This document shows, piece by piece, positions 1 through 10,644 of a DNA stretch of 64,000 nucleotides; position 1 is the first letter of the stretch; every line of letters begins with the position of its first letter. This stretch comes from an uncultured bacterium. Its GTDB lineage: Bacteria > GCA-001730085. Both the position numbers and the translations under genes were made by a program. Location of the stretch: contig CAZMGY010000021.1 in the NCBI GenBank assembly GCA_964565945.1, forward strand, positions 44,300 to 108,299, read 5' to 3'. A model generated the notes under the pieces. That model was not told the origin of the DNA and did not search any database. It saw nothing but the letters and a program-made list of their open reading frames with translations.

Positions 1-1
1 G

Positions 2-1309
<1,308 letters not shown>

Positions 1310-1360
1310 CGTAAGCTTAAGCTTAGTTCTGATGTGGCTTGGGGGGGGGGAGTGTAAAGG

Positions 1361-1684
1361 GTGCGACGACAACATTATCGTCAACATTGGGTAGAGAGAA
1401 TTTTTCTCGATAACAGGACTCTTGCCTGTGTTCTCGTTTTGGTAGGAATGGCTATGTTCCAGCTATTGTGGCCCATTGCACGTAAAAAACAAGAGTTACA
1501 GCAAGAAATCACTATTGTTAATCGCGATATTAATGAAGTGCGGCTCTGGCGGGATTACTTGGAACAGCAAATTGATATGCTCCAAAATGATCCAGAGCAT
1601 ATCGAACGTTTGGCTCGGGATAAGCTGGGCTTAGTACGTCAAGATGAGATCGTTTATCAAATCTTGGATTCAACTCCTCGCTAG
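1361..1684 (+). CDS. ftsB: septum formation initiator, FtsB/DivIC family
   Basis: 107-aa ORF directly downstream of eno (conserved eno-ftsB synteny); one N-terminal hydrophobic helix then a heptad-like coiled coil; apparent GTG start. Confidence 0.6.
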   Translation: MRRQHYRQHWVERIFLDNRTLACVLVLVGMAMFQLLWPIARKKQELQQEITIVNRDINEVRLWRDYLEQQIDMLQNDPEHIERLARDKLGLVRQDEIVYQILDSTPR

Positions 1685-3286
1685 TGTGGTTAATGGTTAG
1701 AAGCTTTGCTTACCTTTGGTGTTTTCACCCACTGGGTGAAAAGGTTTTTTTGTTGAAACCATTATACCAGTTGGGATTTCTGTGCTTTTTTGTTTTCTAT
1801 TTTTGGATGGGGGTTATAATAGAAAGGGTAGAGTGCGGAACTGTGAGGTCGCGCAGGGGGTCTTATGAGCTGGATAACCAAGCGGTCGCTCTAATGTTGA
1901 TATGCCCAACTTGAATGTGCAAAGAAATCAAGATTTTACAACCCAATTTACCCCTCATGAAACTTGGGAGGTGGATATTGCTTTTATTCTTCGCTTGCCC
2001 TGGGGTTTGTGAAAAGGGTGAATGCTTGTTTGTGCGTGAGTCTGCCATTTGGGCCGATAGTCAACTTTATAGGGGCCGAGAGGGTCTGTTGAGGGTGATT
2101 TTTAAGAAATTTTGGCTAATGCGGGTAGTGATTTCCTGGATCTTGAGCATTGTTTTTCGTTACAAAAATTATCCTTCTCGCCTCGAGGACTTGCAATGTC
2201 TGTATATGCCACAATCTTTGAAAGTGCCCAATAAATTGGTCAAACCTTTTTTGATTCCATTTACCTTGCCTACAAACTAGTATTTTCAAAGTTAACTGCT
2301 AGTATCTTTTTTAAATCTTCTTTCACAGTATTAGTGATATGTTCATTATCGTTTAAAGACTTGCATAAAATCTTAAGTTCTTTTTTTTGATCAGCATAAT
2401 CATCCGATATTGAAAATTTACTTATAGGGCTTCCTGTTTTTTGAGCTATTAAGCAATATAGTAACAATGAGGTTGTGTTATATCCACGAGCACTGCCAAA
2501 AACATCCCCTAGAGATATGAATCGAGATTCAAGCCCTGAAACATTTTGTGGATCAAAAGGCTTAGAATAAGCATTTTCAAAAATCTTTCTATAATTAACA
2601 TTTCACCGAATGGTTTTTGACCTATAAGAAAATCATAATATTCATCTTGAGTATATTTTTTAGGGGTTTCAATTTCATTAATCTTTTTACATTCTTCTAA
2701 AAAATCAAGTGGGCTTTCTTTATTTTCTAAAATAATTTTTAAGCCCTTTGCATAATCAAAATCTAAATCCAGATTTGTTTTAAAAATCTTAAAAGCTGAC
2801 TTTAATCTACCTTCTTTTAATTCTTTGTCTAATTTTTTTTGTAGCAAGTTTTTTGAATATTCCTGTGTGATTTTATTTATTCCTTTTTTAAATTTAAAAT
2901 ATAAGAATAATAATATCGCTAAAGATACAGCCCAAATTAAAAAGTCTAATGTTCGAATAAAACTTAGAATGCCATCAAAATCTTCATATATTAGAAAAAA
3001 ACTTGCTACAAAAAAAACGAAACAATAGAACTAACTATTCCTAGTTGAAGTCCCTGATTCCAATACAAATATTCTTTTTCTTGTTGCTTATTATTACTCA
3101 TACCCTAATATTTTCCTCACAAAATCAATATCAAAACCTTTGAAATTAGCATACAGTTATGATACAATCGTTTCGTTGAGCAGGGATGAAGGCAAGCAAA
3201 AAATAATCGTTTTCAGGAACGTATTTAAGAAAGACTTGATTTTTGTGCCCACTCTTCGATACAATGATCATTCTTTATGTTTTTGG

Positions 3287-3363
3287 CGCGGGGTGGAGCA
3301 GACTGGAAGCTCGTTGGGCTCATAACCCAAAGGTCGAGGGTTCGAATCCCTCCCCCGCTACCA
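3287..3363 (+). tRNA. tRNA-Met (CAT), initiator type
   Basis: 77-nt cloverleaf read by hand: acceptor CGCGGGG/CCCCGCU with a 1-72 mismatch, D-stem GAGC/GCTC, anticodon stem with three G-C pairs next to loop CTCATAA (anticodon CAT), T-arm GAGGG-TTCGAAT-CCCTC, encoded CCA. Near-identical in layout to E. coli tRNA-fMet. Confidence 0.85.
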
Positions 3364-4477
3364 ACTCTATAGACGGCTGGCTAGAATAATTGTCATTGGC
3401 AACTAATCTGGCGAGCCCTTTTTTTATGTCTGCGTTTTTCATAGGATTCTCCTGTGAGGCTATGCTTAAAATACCGGCCAAAGAGCCGTGAAGATCAATT
3501 GATAGATCATCCTGCCCAGCTTTTGGGGTGAGGGTGATTTTCTCGATCAGCCCCCTTAAAATCAGCGCAGCTTCCCCTCTGTTTTCTTCTTGGTCTAAAG
3601 ATGCGCGTAAATCACTGATTTGCCTGCGATAGCGCTCAGCCATGGCAGGGTGAAGCATAGGCGCGGATTTTGGCGTGGCTTCGAGCAAGGTTTCCAACTC
3701 TTTGAGGCGCTCTGAGGCTCTCTCCAGATCATCTTTTATCAAATCCACGGCTACACCGTCTTTGATGGCCTGGATGATGTTCTCGCGCTCCTTAGCGAGT
3801 TTAGCAGCCTCTGCGCGGTAGCCCTTTAAGCTCTGATCATGCTGGCTTTGCAGCTTATTAAAGTGCTTCGTATATTCCGCGCAAAACACCTTCAAGAGAT
3901 CATCTCTCATGAGATGGGTTTGTAAGGCTCCGAGCACCAGAGCCTCGATGCGCTCACGTTTGATGCTCTTTTTATTGGCGCACACGCTAGAGCCTTTATT
4001 GCGGGATTGTGAGCAGCCATAGCGCTCAGAATTGATCTTGGCATAGCCACCGCCGCATATTCCGCATTTTAGTAGCCCAGAGAGCAGATAATTGGGGCGG
4101 TTATTGCGGTGCAGCCCCTTAAGGCTGGTATCAAGGGTCTTTTGACGGGATTTGGCAGCATCCCAAAGCTCCTGATCAACAATCCGTAAATCAGGCACAT
4201 CTTGCCTGATCCAATCCGCCTCATCGTTTAGGCGGGTAACGCGCTTGCCCGTAGCTGGGTCTTTGATAAAATGCTGGCGGTTCCAGATTAATTCCCCAAT
4301 ATAAAGATGGTTATTTAAGATGCCGGTTCCGCGCCTGCGATTACCATTGATGGTCGATTGCCCCCAGGCCTTGCCTGAGGGGGCAGGGATGCCGTCTTTG
4401 TTCAGCGCATCGGCAATTGCCTTGGGAGATTTATTTTTAAGGGCGTATTCTTCGAATATGCGCTTAACGATTTTGGC
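3320..4477 (-). CDS. large serine recombinase, C-terminal recombinase/zinc-ribbon portion (downstream of an in-frame stop)
   Basis: Reading frame is open from 4477 to 3320 and continuous with the 4478..5011 ORF except for one TAA at 4478-4480. Translation includes 'WGQSTINGNRRRGTGILNNHLYIGELIWNRQ' (recombinase-domain signature) and a Cys-rich 'CGICGGGY...CSQSRNKGSSVC' zinc-ribbon. The 3' end overlaps the tRNA 3' end. Confidence 0.7.
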   Translation of the reverse strand, partial: AKIVKRIFEEYALKNKSPKAIADALNKDGIPAPSGKAWGQSTINGNRRRGTGILNNHLYIGELIWNRQHFIKDPATGKRVTRLNDEADWIRQDVPDLRIVDQELWDAAKSRQKTLDTSLKGLHRNNRPNYLLSGLLKCGICGGGYAKINSERYGCSQSRNKGSSVCANKKSIKRERIEALVLGALQTHLMRDDLLKVFCAEYTKHFNKLQSQHDQSLKGYRAEAAKLAKERENIIQAIKDGVAVDLIKDDLERASERLKELETLLEATPKSAPMLHPAMAERYRRQISDLRASLDQEENRGEAALILRGLIEKITLTPKAGQDDLSIDLHGSLAGILSIASQENPMKNADIKKGLARLVANDNYSSQPSIELVAGEGFEPSTFGL

Positions 4478-5011
4478 TTAGATTTCGTTGATCTCCCGAT
4501 CACCGCGTATGGCCTCGCCCTCAGAGTTAAATTGCTTCACGACTTTATAGCCGTAAGCAATGCCGCCTCCAGATTTCCCTTTTTCAACGCGCCCGCGAAG
4601 CCCGCGCCGCGTTTTATCTGCAAGGTCTTTCAGGCACATAGCGTTCATCGTGCCTTTAAGGCCGATATGCAATGTTGAGATTTCACCTTCGGACAGAGTG
4701 ATGATTTTAACGCCAGCAAATTCCATGCGCTTATAGATACCGGCAATATCTTCCTGATCACGGGACAGGCGATCCAGCGCCTCGCAGATTAGAATATCAA
4801 ACTCACCGTTCATGGCAGCCGTTAGTAGCGATTGAATACCAGGGCGCATAAGTGATGCGCCTGATATTCCTGCATCGCTATAGCAGTTTCCTAAATCCCA
4901 GCCTTCGGCTTTGGCTTTTTCTGACGCGAGGCGGATTTGATCTTCAATCGAAGCATCGCTTTGAAGATCAGAGCTATATCTGGCATAGATGCAGGCGCGT
5001 AATTTTTTCAT
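4478..5011 (-). CDS. large serine recombinase, N-terminal resolvase/invertase catalytic domain (ends at in-frame TAA)
   Basis: 177 aa; 'CIYARYSSDLQ' catalytic-serine motif, then 'DILICEALDRLSRD' and 'KRMEFAGVKIITL', typical of the serine recombinase catalytic domain. Confidence 0.75.
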   Translation of the reverse strand: MKKLRACIYARYSSDLQSDASIEDQIRLASEKAKAEGWDLGNCYSDAGISGASLMRPGIQSLLTAAMNGEFDILICEALDRLSRDQEDIAGIYKRMEFAGVKIITLSEGEISTLHIGLKGTMNAMCLKDLADKTRRGLRGRVEKGKSGGGIAYGYKVVKQFNSEGEAIRGDREINEI

Positions 5012-5202
5012 TATTCTTCACCTTCCAATTTCTGATTTGAGAGCTGATCAGCGCAAAGCTTGTAATCTTCTTCCGCACATGTGCGGGCTAAGAGCTTTAC
5101 GAGATTAATAAGGGCTAGGTCATGATTATGACTCTCTTCCTTATGACTCTTCAAGCGCGTCTGCTTGTTTTTCCGTGCAGACTTATTCATCTGATCCCCC
5201 AT
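5011..5202 (-). CDS. hypothetical small basic protein
   Basis: 63-aa ORF immediately upstream of the recombinase gene, same strand; no recognisable motif. A directionality-factor role is speculation only. Confidence 0.25.
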   Translation of the reverse strand: MGDQMNKSARKNKQTRLKSHKEESHNHDLALINLVKLLARTCAEEDYKLCADQLSNQKLEGEE

Positions 5203-5473
5203 ATAAGGGGCGAGAACAAGATAGACCTCGCCCCCGAGAGGGAATTGGCGCGAGCAGTGGGGCTGTAAGATGCAAAGACAGTGGGTGATAATGCGCTGGC
5301 TTTGCGTAAATTCGCGCCAAATAAAAAGGGGAACATATTGCCTTCACAAAATGTACCCCTAGACTTCATGCTAGGCAGCAAAAGCTTAATAAATCCTAAA
5401 GATGCACCGTCAAACATGGCTCTCACAGCCACATTCCAAGGAGTTATTAAGATATATTTAATGCTCATAGTGC

Positions 5474-7138
5474 TCATGCGTGCCCATTAAGGTATATGCG
5501 CACAGGCAAGTTTTTTGGATAATTATTTTTGTGATAAGGGCTTTTACCTGCTAATTTTCGCCATGGCTCTATCTGGAAGTAAGCTAATTTCTCAGCTCTA
5601 ATCAAAGCTTTTCCATCAATAGCGATAAGCTGGTGGCTCATATCCATGCGCCCGATCTCATCTATGCTCATCACGGATGCGGCGCGCTCGTTAATACTTA
5701 AACGCCATGGAGAAACCGGATTATTGGGATCACGGGTAAGAGAGCGGGCTTTCATGGTTTTATTACCAATGCGAGCGCTCCATGCTTTACGATCAAGTTC
5801 CCCGCGTATGCTCCAAGCCTGCATAAAGCTTGATTGCTCTTCGATCAGGCCTGCCATTTGCTGGCCATAAATCTCAATTGGTTGGCGGCGGCTTTGAAAC
5901 ACCATCCATAGGCGCACGCCCTTGCCAGGCAATAGTGATAGCGCTTTGGAAAGATTAGGTAGCTTGCCGATATTACCCATCTCTTCTAAAAGCATCATGA
6001 TTGGTGAAGGCTTTGGCGCGGCGGCAATGGTTTCTAGTAACAATGTAGCGATCAGGCCAAGGGCAGAGCCATGGGTTTCTAATTTTGCTTCTGGCAAAAT
6101 CACATAGAGCGTGGTTTTGCCATCCAGAATATCGGATAATTTAAAATCAGAGCTGCTCATTGCCGCGCCCATAGGTGAGTGCGCGTCATAAATCTCAAGA
6201 GCGTTCATGGCGTTATCTCTAAATGCGCCATAGGTCTTGATATATTCAGATCGCAACATCTCTGCTAAGCCATTGCCGTAATCTTGAAGTAATCCGTGCA
6301 GCCAATCGCTTGAGCGCATCTCAAAGGCAATGGCTTTTTGTTTATTGCTTCCAGCCCAGATAAGTTTGCGCAAAGTTGGCAGGGTGCATTGATCAGGCAT
6401 AAACACAGCCATATATAAAAGGAATGTAATGATTAGCCTGCGCCCACCATTACGGAAGAACATACCATCGCCCATATCATTAGGCCTTTCTGCAATGAGC
6501 TGGAAGGCAATAGAGCGCGCAAGATCATGCAAGTCCTTGCCTCCGTTCTTCATCACATCAACAACCAAGATGCGCAGTGGATTAAAATTCACGCCCTTAA
6601 TGCCAAGAACATTAAAGGGATTAAAGATCAAAACATTTTGACCTCGCGCTTTACGGTACTTGGCGGTGATAGCTGTTAGCTCGCCCTTAACATCGGTAAC
6701 AAACATCGAGCCTCCAAACCAGTGCAAAAGCGCAGGAATAATTACCGAGATTGTTTTACCGGTGCGTGAAGGCGCATAGGTCAGCATGTGACCATTGCCA
6801 GTTAGGTATGGATCGTAAAAGAGCGGGGCATCTGCCATGCTGCCAACATAAAAACCACTGCGGTTTTTAATTAGCTCTTTTATGAAGCTGTCTTGGATTT
6901 CGGCCAGTCTTGCATGACCATAGCTATCAGATAGCTTGCGACTTTCATGCAATAGATTGATCTGATGCGCGGTATGTAATGACAGGGAAAGAAACTCCAT
7001 TATCTTTTTGATAAAGATAAGCAGCGCCAAGCCCATCACTGCCACGCCCCAAACATAACCGCCATTCATAGCGGCCAGCCACAATCCTGCAAGAAGCAGG
7101 ATTAGTGGCATGAGCAGGAAAATGAGGGCGGTAAACAT
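5474..7138 (-). CDS. type IV secretion coupling protein (TraG/TraD/VirD4 family ATPase)
   Basis: 554 aa; two N-terminal TM helices; Walker A-like 'YAPSRTGKTISVIIPALL'; 'MMLLEEMGNIGKLP' matches the T4CP 'DEFxNLG' Walker B region. Confidence 0.75.
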   Translation of the reverse strand: MFTALIFLLMPLILLLAGLWLAAMNGGYVWGVAVMGLALLIFIKKIMEFLSLSLHTAHQINLLHESRKLSDSYGHARLAEIQDSFIKELIKNRSGFYVGSMADAPLFYDPYLTGNGHMLTYAPSRTGKTISVIIPALLHWFGGSMFVTDVKGELTAITAKYRKARGQNVLIFNPFNVLGIKGVNFNPLRILVVDVMKNGGKDLHDLARSIAFQLIAERPNDMGDGMFFRNGGRRLIITFLLYMAVFMPDQCTLPTLRKLIWAGSNKQKAIAFEMRSSDWLHGLLQDYGNGLAEMLRSEYIKTYGAFRDNAMNALEIYDAHSPMGAAMSSSDFKLSDILDGKTTLYVILPEAKLETHGSALGLIATLLLETIAAAPKPSPIMMLLEEMGNIGKLPNLSKALSLLPGKGVRLWMVFQSRRQPIEIYGQQMAGLIEEQSSFMQAWSIRGELDRKAWSARIGNKTMKARSLTRDPNNPVSPWRLSINERAASVMSIDEIGRMDMSHQLIAIDGKALIRAEKLAYFQIEPWRKLAGKSPYHKNNYPKNLPVRIYLNGHA

Positions 7139-7142
7139 GATT

Positions 7143-8177
7143 TTATTTACCTATATGCAGGACTTGTAGGCCGGATATAGAAACGCCTAAGCTCTGGAAG
7201 AAGTTTTGCAGATCAGCATCAAGGTTATTGGTAGAGACAATTTCAAGATCAGCCAGACCCTTTAAGTGACCAGTTTCGTAATTGCCCACCCAAAACACAA
7301 AGAGCTTGGAGTTTGTTTTTGCTTTGGTGGCATTAAGGCTTTCTAATGTTTGCCCGTAATTGGCGGTGTTTATACCGTCTGTTACAACAATCGTGATATT
7401 AGGAAGATCAGTAACAAAGCCCTGAATATCAGATTCAAAGCCAGTTTCTATGGCCTTGTAGAGCGCAGTAGCACCGCCAGCTTTGAGCGGTTTATTCAAA
7501 TGATAAATCATATAGGGGCAGCTTTTTAGATAACTCATACCATTATCCGAAAGCCGCACAACATCATTGCTAAAGGTAAATATCTGGCAGCGCGCAGAGC
7601 CTGGAAGTTTTTTCATAAAATCCCTTGTGGCGCTTACCACAGCGCCCAAATGCCAATCCATTGAGCCGCTAGTATCCAGCGCAATGGCAACAGGCATGTG
7701 CAATGAGCCAAGGGATTTCATTGGCGTGTAGTTAAAGCTCAGGGGCTTAAAATCTGCGTCAAACACAGCGATATCTTTAAGCTTTGGGCTGATGACTTTA
7801 TTGTTCGCACCATAAAACAGCACACCTGCATCGCGGCCTTTCTGCTTATCACTGACACTGGCAATGCTAAGGTGGGTTACATCGCCGCCAGCAATGATGA
7901 TTACCCCCGCTTTTTTATGAACGCCAAAGGCGGTAAAGCTTCTTCCATCTTTAAGCTTTAGATCAGAGCGACGAACTTTAAGAGCCAGCAAATCATCATG
8001 GGCAGCAGATAGATCAATCTGAAAGCTAACCGTGCCAAGCGTTTTTGTTAGCACATCAGGATCACTAATCTCGATAGAAGTTGTTTGTAACTCCTGCGGT
8101 TCGATAACTTCTATCGCAAAAGCTGGATTTACGAAGAAACAAAAAACTAAAACAAACAATCGTTTGAGCTTAATCAT
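7143..8177 (-). CDS. secreted von Willebrand factor A (vWA)-domain protein
   Basis: 344 aa with signal peptide; 'VAIALDTSGSMDW' fits the MIDAS DxSxS motif of vWA domains; overlaps the upstream gene stop (operon). Confidence 0.55.
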   Translation of the reverse strand: MIKLKRLFVLVFCFFVNPAFAIEVIEPQELQTTSIEISDPDVLTKTLGTVSFQIDLSAAHDDLLALKVRRSDLKLKDGRSFTAFGVHKKAGVIIIAGGDVTHLSIASVSDKQKGRDAGVLFYGANNKVISPKLKDIAVFDADFKPLSFNYTPMKSLGSLHMPVAIALDTSGSMDWHLGAVVSATRDFMKKLPGSARCQIFTFSNDVVRLSDNGMSYLKSCPYMIYHLNKPLKAGGATALYKAIETGFESDIQGFVTDLPNITIVVTDGINTANYGQTLESLNATKAKTNSKLFVFWVGNYETGHLKGLADLEIVSTNNLDADLQNFFQSLGVSISGLQVLHIGK

Positions 8178-8869
8178 TTTGAGACCTCCAATTTAAGTCC
8201 GCCCCGAAGAGCAAATTTACTGCGCTCAATATCCATCAAACTCATGGGAATGGAGCGCTGCGCCGCTGCATTAAAACTCGGTTCTAGGAATTCTTCCCAG
8301 ACGCGCTTTTGATGAGGTGATGCCCAGTAAAAAGCTATAGAGTGAATACTCTTGTATGTAGATAGAGCCTGATTGATATCTCCCTCCAATGGCGGAGGCT
8401 GGGGCAGGGTGATTTGCGTTGTATCACTGCACGGTATTGGCGTATGGATCAGCGAAGAAAATACAATCACATGAGCGCTGGTAAATCCCTGGCGCTCAAG
8501 CGCATTGATATTGCTGGCCAGTTCCATGAATGCCCCAGGCAGATTATTACAGTTCTCTGGATTGCTCTTAATCGCATTAACCAGCTCAAGTGCGCGTTCG
8601 GGCTTGCGCTTGAGATCACTGGGAACACCCGACCAGATGGTGCGGCCAATCGAAGTGCTAATCACATCGATATGCGCACGGGCAAACTCACGCTTACGGG
8701 TTAGCCCTTTTATATGCGAGAGCAAGACCAGCTTGTATTGATCAGCATCTATTGGATCAATCAGCACGCCGCTATCATCAATGATGAGCTGGATTGTGGT
8801 GTGCGTTCCTCTAGCCATTACTGGCATTGAGAAGCAAAGGATAATTAGTAATGCAATTTTGGTTTTCAT
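8174..8869 (-). CDS. hypothetical exported protein
   Basis: ORF with internal start 'MKTKIALLIILCFSMPVMA' (signal peptide); start overlaps the upstream gene stop, stop overlaps the downstream gene start. Confidence 0.45.
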   Translation of the reverse strand: MKTKIALLIILCFSMPVMARGTHTTIQLIIDDSGVLIDPIDADQYKLVLLSHIKGLTRKREFARAHIDVISTSIGRTIWSGVPSDLKRKPERALELVNAIKSNPENCNNLPGAFMELASNINALERQGFTSAHVIVFSSLIHTPIPCSDTTQITLPQPPPLEGDINQALSTYKSIHSIAFYWASPHQKRVWEEFLEPSFNAAAQRSIPMSLMDIERSKFALRGGLKLEVSK

Positions 8870-9504
8870 TGTTCTGATCCTCCTTTTAAGGCAAGTTTGG
8901 CGCTGGGAACCATATGCGCGGTTGCCAGACCCATGGCAGCATTGGTGATGATTAGTGCTACGCTCATAATCAGCATCGGCCAAAAACTCGCCTCACCACC
9001 TGAAAAGCCAGGAATGGGAGAAGGTGCGGTTTCTTCCTTGATGCGTATATATAATGTTGCGAACTCAGTGGAGATCACGAAGAAATAGAGCAGGGCAAAC
9101 ACAGCGGTGATTACAATATGCAGCCCGTCTTTAAAGAATTTACCGCCAGCTTCGAATATCTCGCCGTGGCGCTCTAATAACTGCCCGAATAAAAATACCG
9201 GCGTAGCAACAGCGGCCAAGCCGAGCACGCCATTGATCAGCGTGCCTACAGAGATGTTGGAAAGTGCGGAGATATCCGGCAGGCCAAGAACATCAAGCAC
9301 AAACAGGTCAGAGCCAACCGTATTGACCAATGCGTAGTTACTTGTATGTAACAGCCAGTTACCTGCTTCCGCCGAGAAGATCAGGGATAATTTGCCAAAT
9401 AGCCATAACTTGTCGCTTGGCTCCAAGGGGTGCTGGTTTGAGCCGTGTTCAGGCGGCTGCCAGCTCTCGAAATTGTCGTTACTATCACTCATAAAAGCCT
9501 CCAA
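8866..9504 (-). CDS. hypothetical integral membrane protein
   Basis: 212 aa with several hydrophobic helices; first gene of a four-gene minus-strand block ending in the T4CP. Confidence 0.45.
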   Translation of the reverse strand: MEAFMSDSNDNFESWQPPEHGSNQHPLEPSDKLWLFGKLSLIFSAEAGNWLLHTSNYALVNTVGSDLFVLDVLGLPDISALSNISVGTLINGVLGLAAVATPVFLFGQLLERHGEIFEAGGKFFKDGLHIVITAVFALLYFFVISTEFATLYIRIKEETAPSPIPGFSGGEASFWPMLIMSVALIITNAAMGLATAHMVPSAKLALKGGSEQ

Positions 9505-9696
9505 CCCCTTCTAGTAAGGGGAGTTGTTTGAAATAGAGGCTTTGCGCAAAGCTTGGGGAAACTTTAATTTATTGGTTTGATGGAAGCAAAGACAGGACAC
9601 AAGACTATATTTCACTGCTATTTGCATAACATTTTGATAAACAATGAAAAATACAGGTAGAATTGGAAATTCAAACAGCAGTATTTTGAGGTTTAA

Positions 9697-10644
9697 ATGG
9701 CTAATTTAAGGAAGAACTCAGCAAAATCTGAATTTTGGAAAAAGCATGTGCAGGAGTGGAAGAAGGGGAGGCTAATTCAATCTGAATATTGTATAAAAAA
9801 TAAAATATCAGAATCTGCATTTTCCAAATGGAAAACTAAATTATTCCCAAAACAAATTGGAACGCGGCGCTTAAAACAGCTTAAAAATAAATATTATAAA
9901 AACTCGAAATTGTCTAACCAGCAAATCGAAAATTTATTTGTAGGTTTTTTATGTGATGTGCCAGCGAAAGTTGCTGCTAAAGGGAGTGATATAAGTGAGG
10001 CTACTGCTTATAAATACTATAACAAAATACGATATGATTTAGTTAATGGAGCGCTAAATTATCCGCTTTTATTTTTTGGTTCAGGGATGCTTTTGATTTT
10101 AGGGGCACCACCAGATGTACATGAGTTAGCACGCAAATTTAAACCCATAAGCCCAAGTATAAAAGGCAGAGAAAAACATATATATTACGCGCTTTGTAAT
10201 GTTTTGATTTGTCATTCTTTTCGCAAATGGACAGTTTCCGAGATATATTATTTTTGGTTTCAGGGGTTACGGGCATATTTTTTAAAGCACTATGCTAAAA
10301 GTCATGGTCTAAATGAAAGTGATTGGAATATGGCTATGGCAGTTCAGATGCAAAATAAAATTTCAATTGCAAAAATGACAGTAACAATATGGCTGGATTG
10401 GATAAAAGAGGGAGGAAATACTACCCCTTTTTCTGAGGATGTATGGGAAGCTATTCGATATCAACATGACTATCATGCTGATGCTAAATCCTGGATAAAA
10501 CCTATGCTCCATGATTTAAAATGGGTCGTAGAGAGAAATAATAATTTAAAAAGAAGTACATACTGGGATTTCTTTAAACCTAGCAAGTCAGGTATTCTTG
10601 AAGTAAATAGAAGGATTCATGAATACCTAGAAAGAACAAACTAG
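9697..10644 (+). CDS. hypothetical protein with N-terminal transposase-OrfA-like HTH
   Basis: 315 aa, very AT-rich; N-terminus 'EFWKKHVQEWKKGRLIQSEYCIKNKISESAFSKWKTKL' resembles IS3/IS66 OrfA-type HTH; remainder unrecognised. Confidence 0.4.
   Translation: MANLRKNSAKSEFWKKHVQEWKKGRLIQSEYCIKNKISESAFSKWKTKLFPKQIGTRRLKQLKNKYYKNSKLSNQQIENLFVGFLCDVPAKVAAKGSDISEATAYKYYNKIRYDLVNGALNYPLLFFGSGMLLILGAPPDVHELARKFKPISPSIKGREKHIYYALCNVLICHSFRKWTVSEIYYFWFQGLRAYFLKHYAKSHGLNESDWNMAMAVQMQNKISIAKMTVTIWLDWIKEGGNTTPFSEDVWEAIRYQHDYHADAKSWIKPMLHDLKWVVERNNNLKRSTYWDFFKPSKSGILEVNRRIHEYLERTN

Noticed and set aside
1311-1325. AAGCTTAAGCTT palindrome after the eno stop as a terminator
   Set aside because: Short AT-rich palindrome with no GC stem or following T-run; it does not resemble an intrinsic terminator.
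1684-2280. Track ORFs 1684-1914 (+), 1863-2048 (-) and 1915-2280 (+) as genes
   Set aside because: Hydrophobic, low-complexity translations with no motifs or RBS, mutually overlapping; more likely noncoding spacer downstream of ftsB.
3140-3325. 61-aa ORF on the plus strand
   Set aside because: Its 3' part is the tRNA-Met gene itself (3287-3363); it is an artefact of translating through a tRNA.
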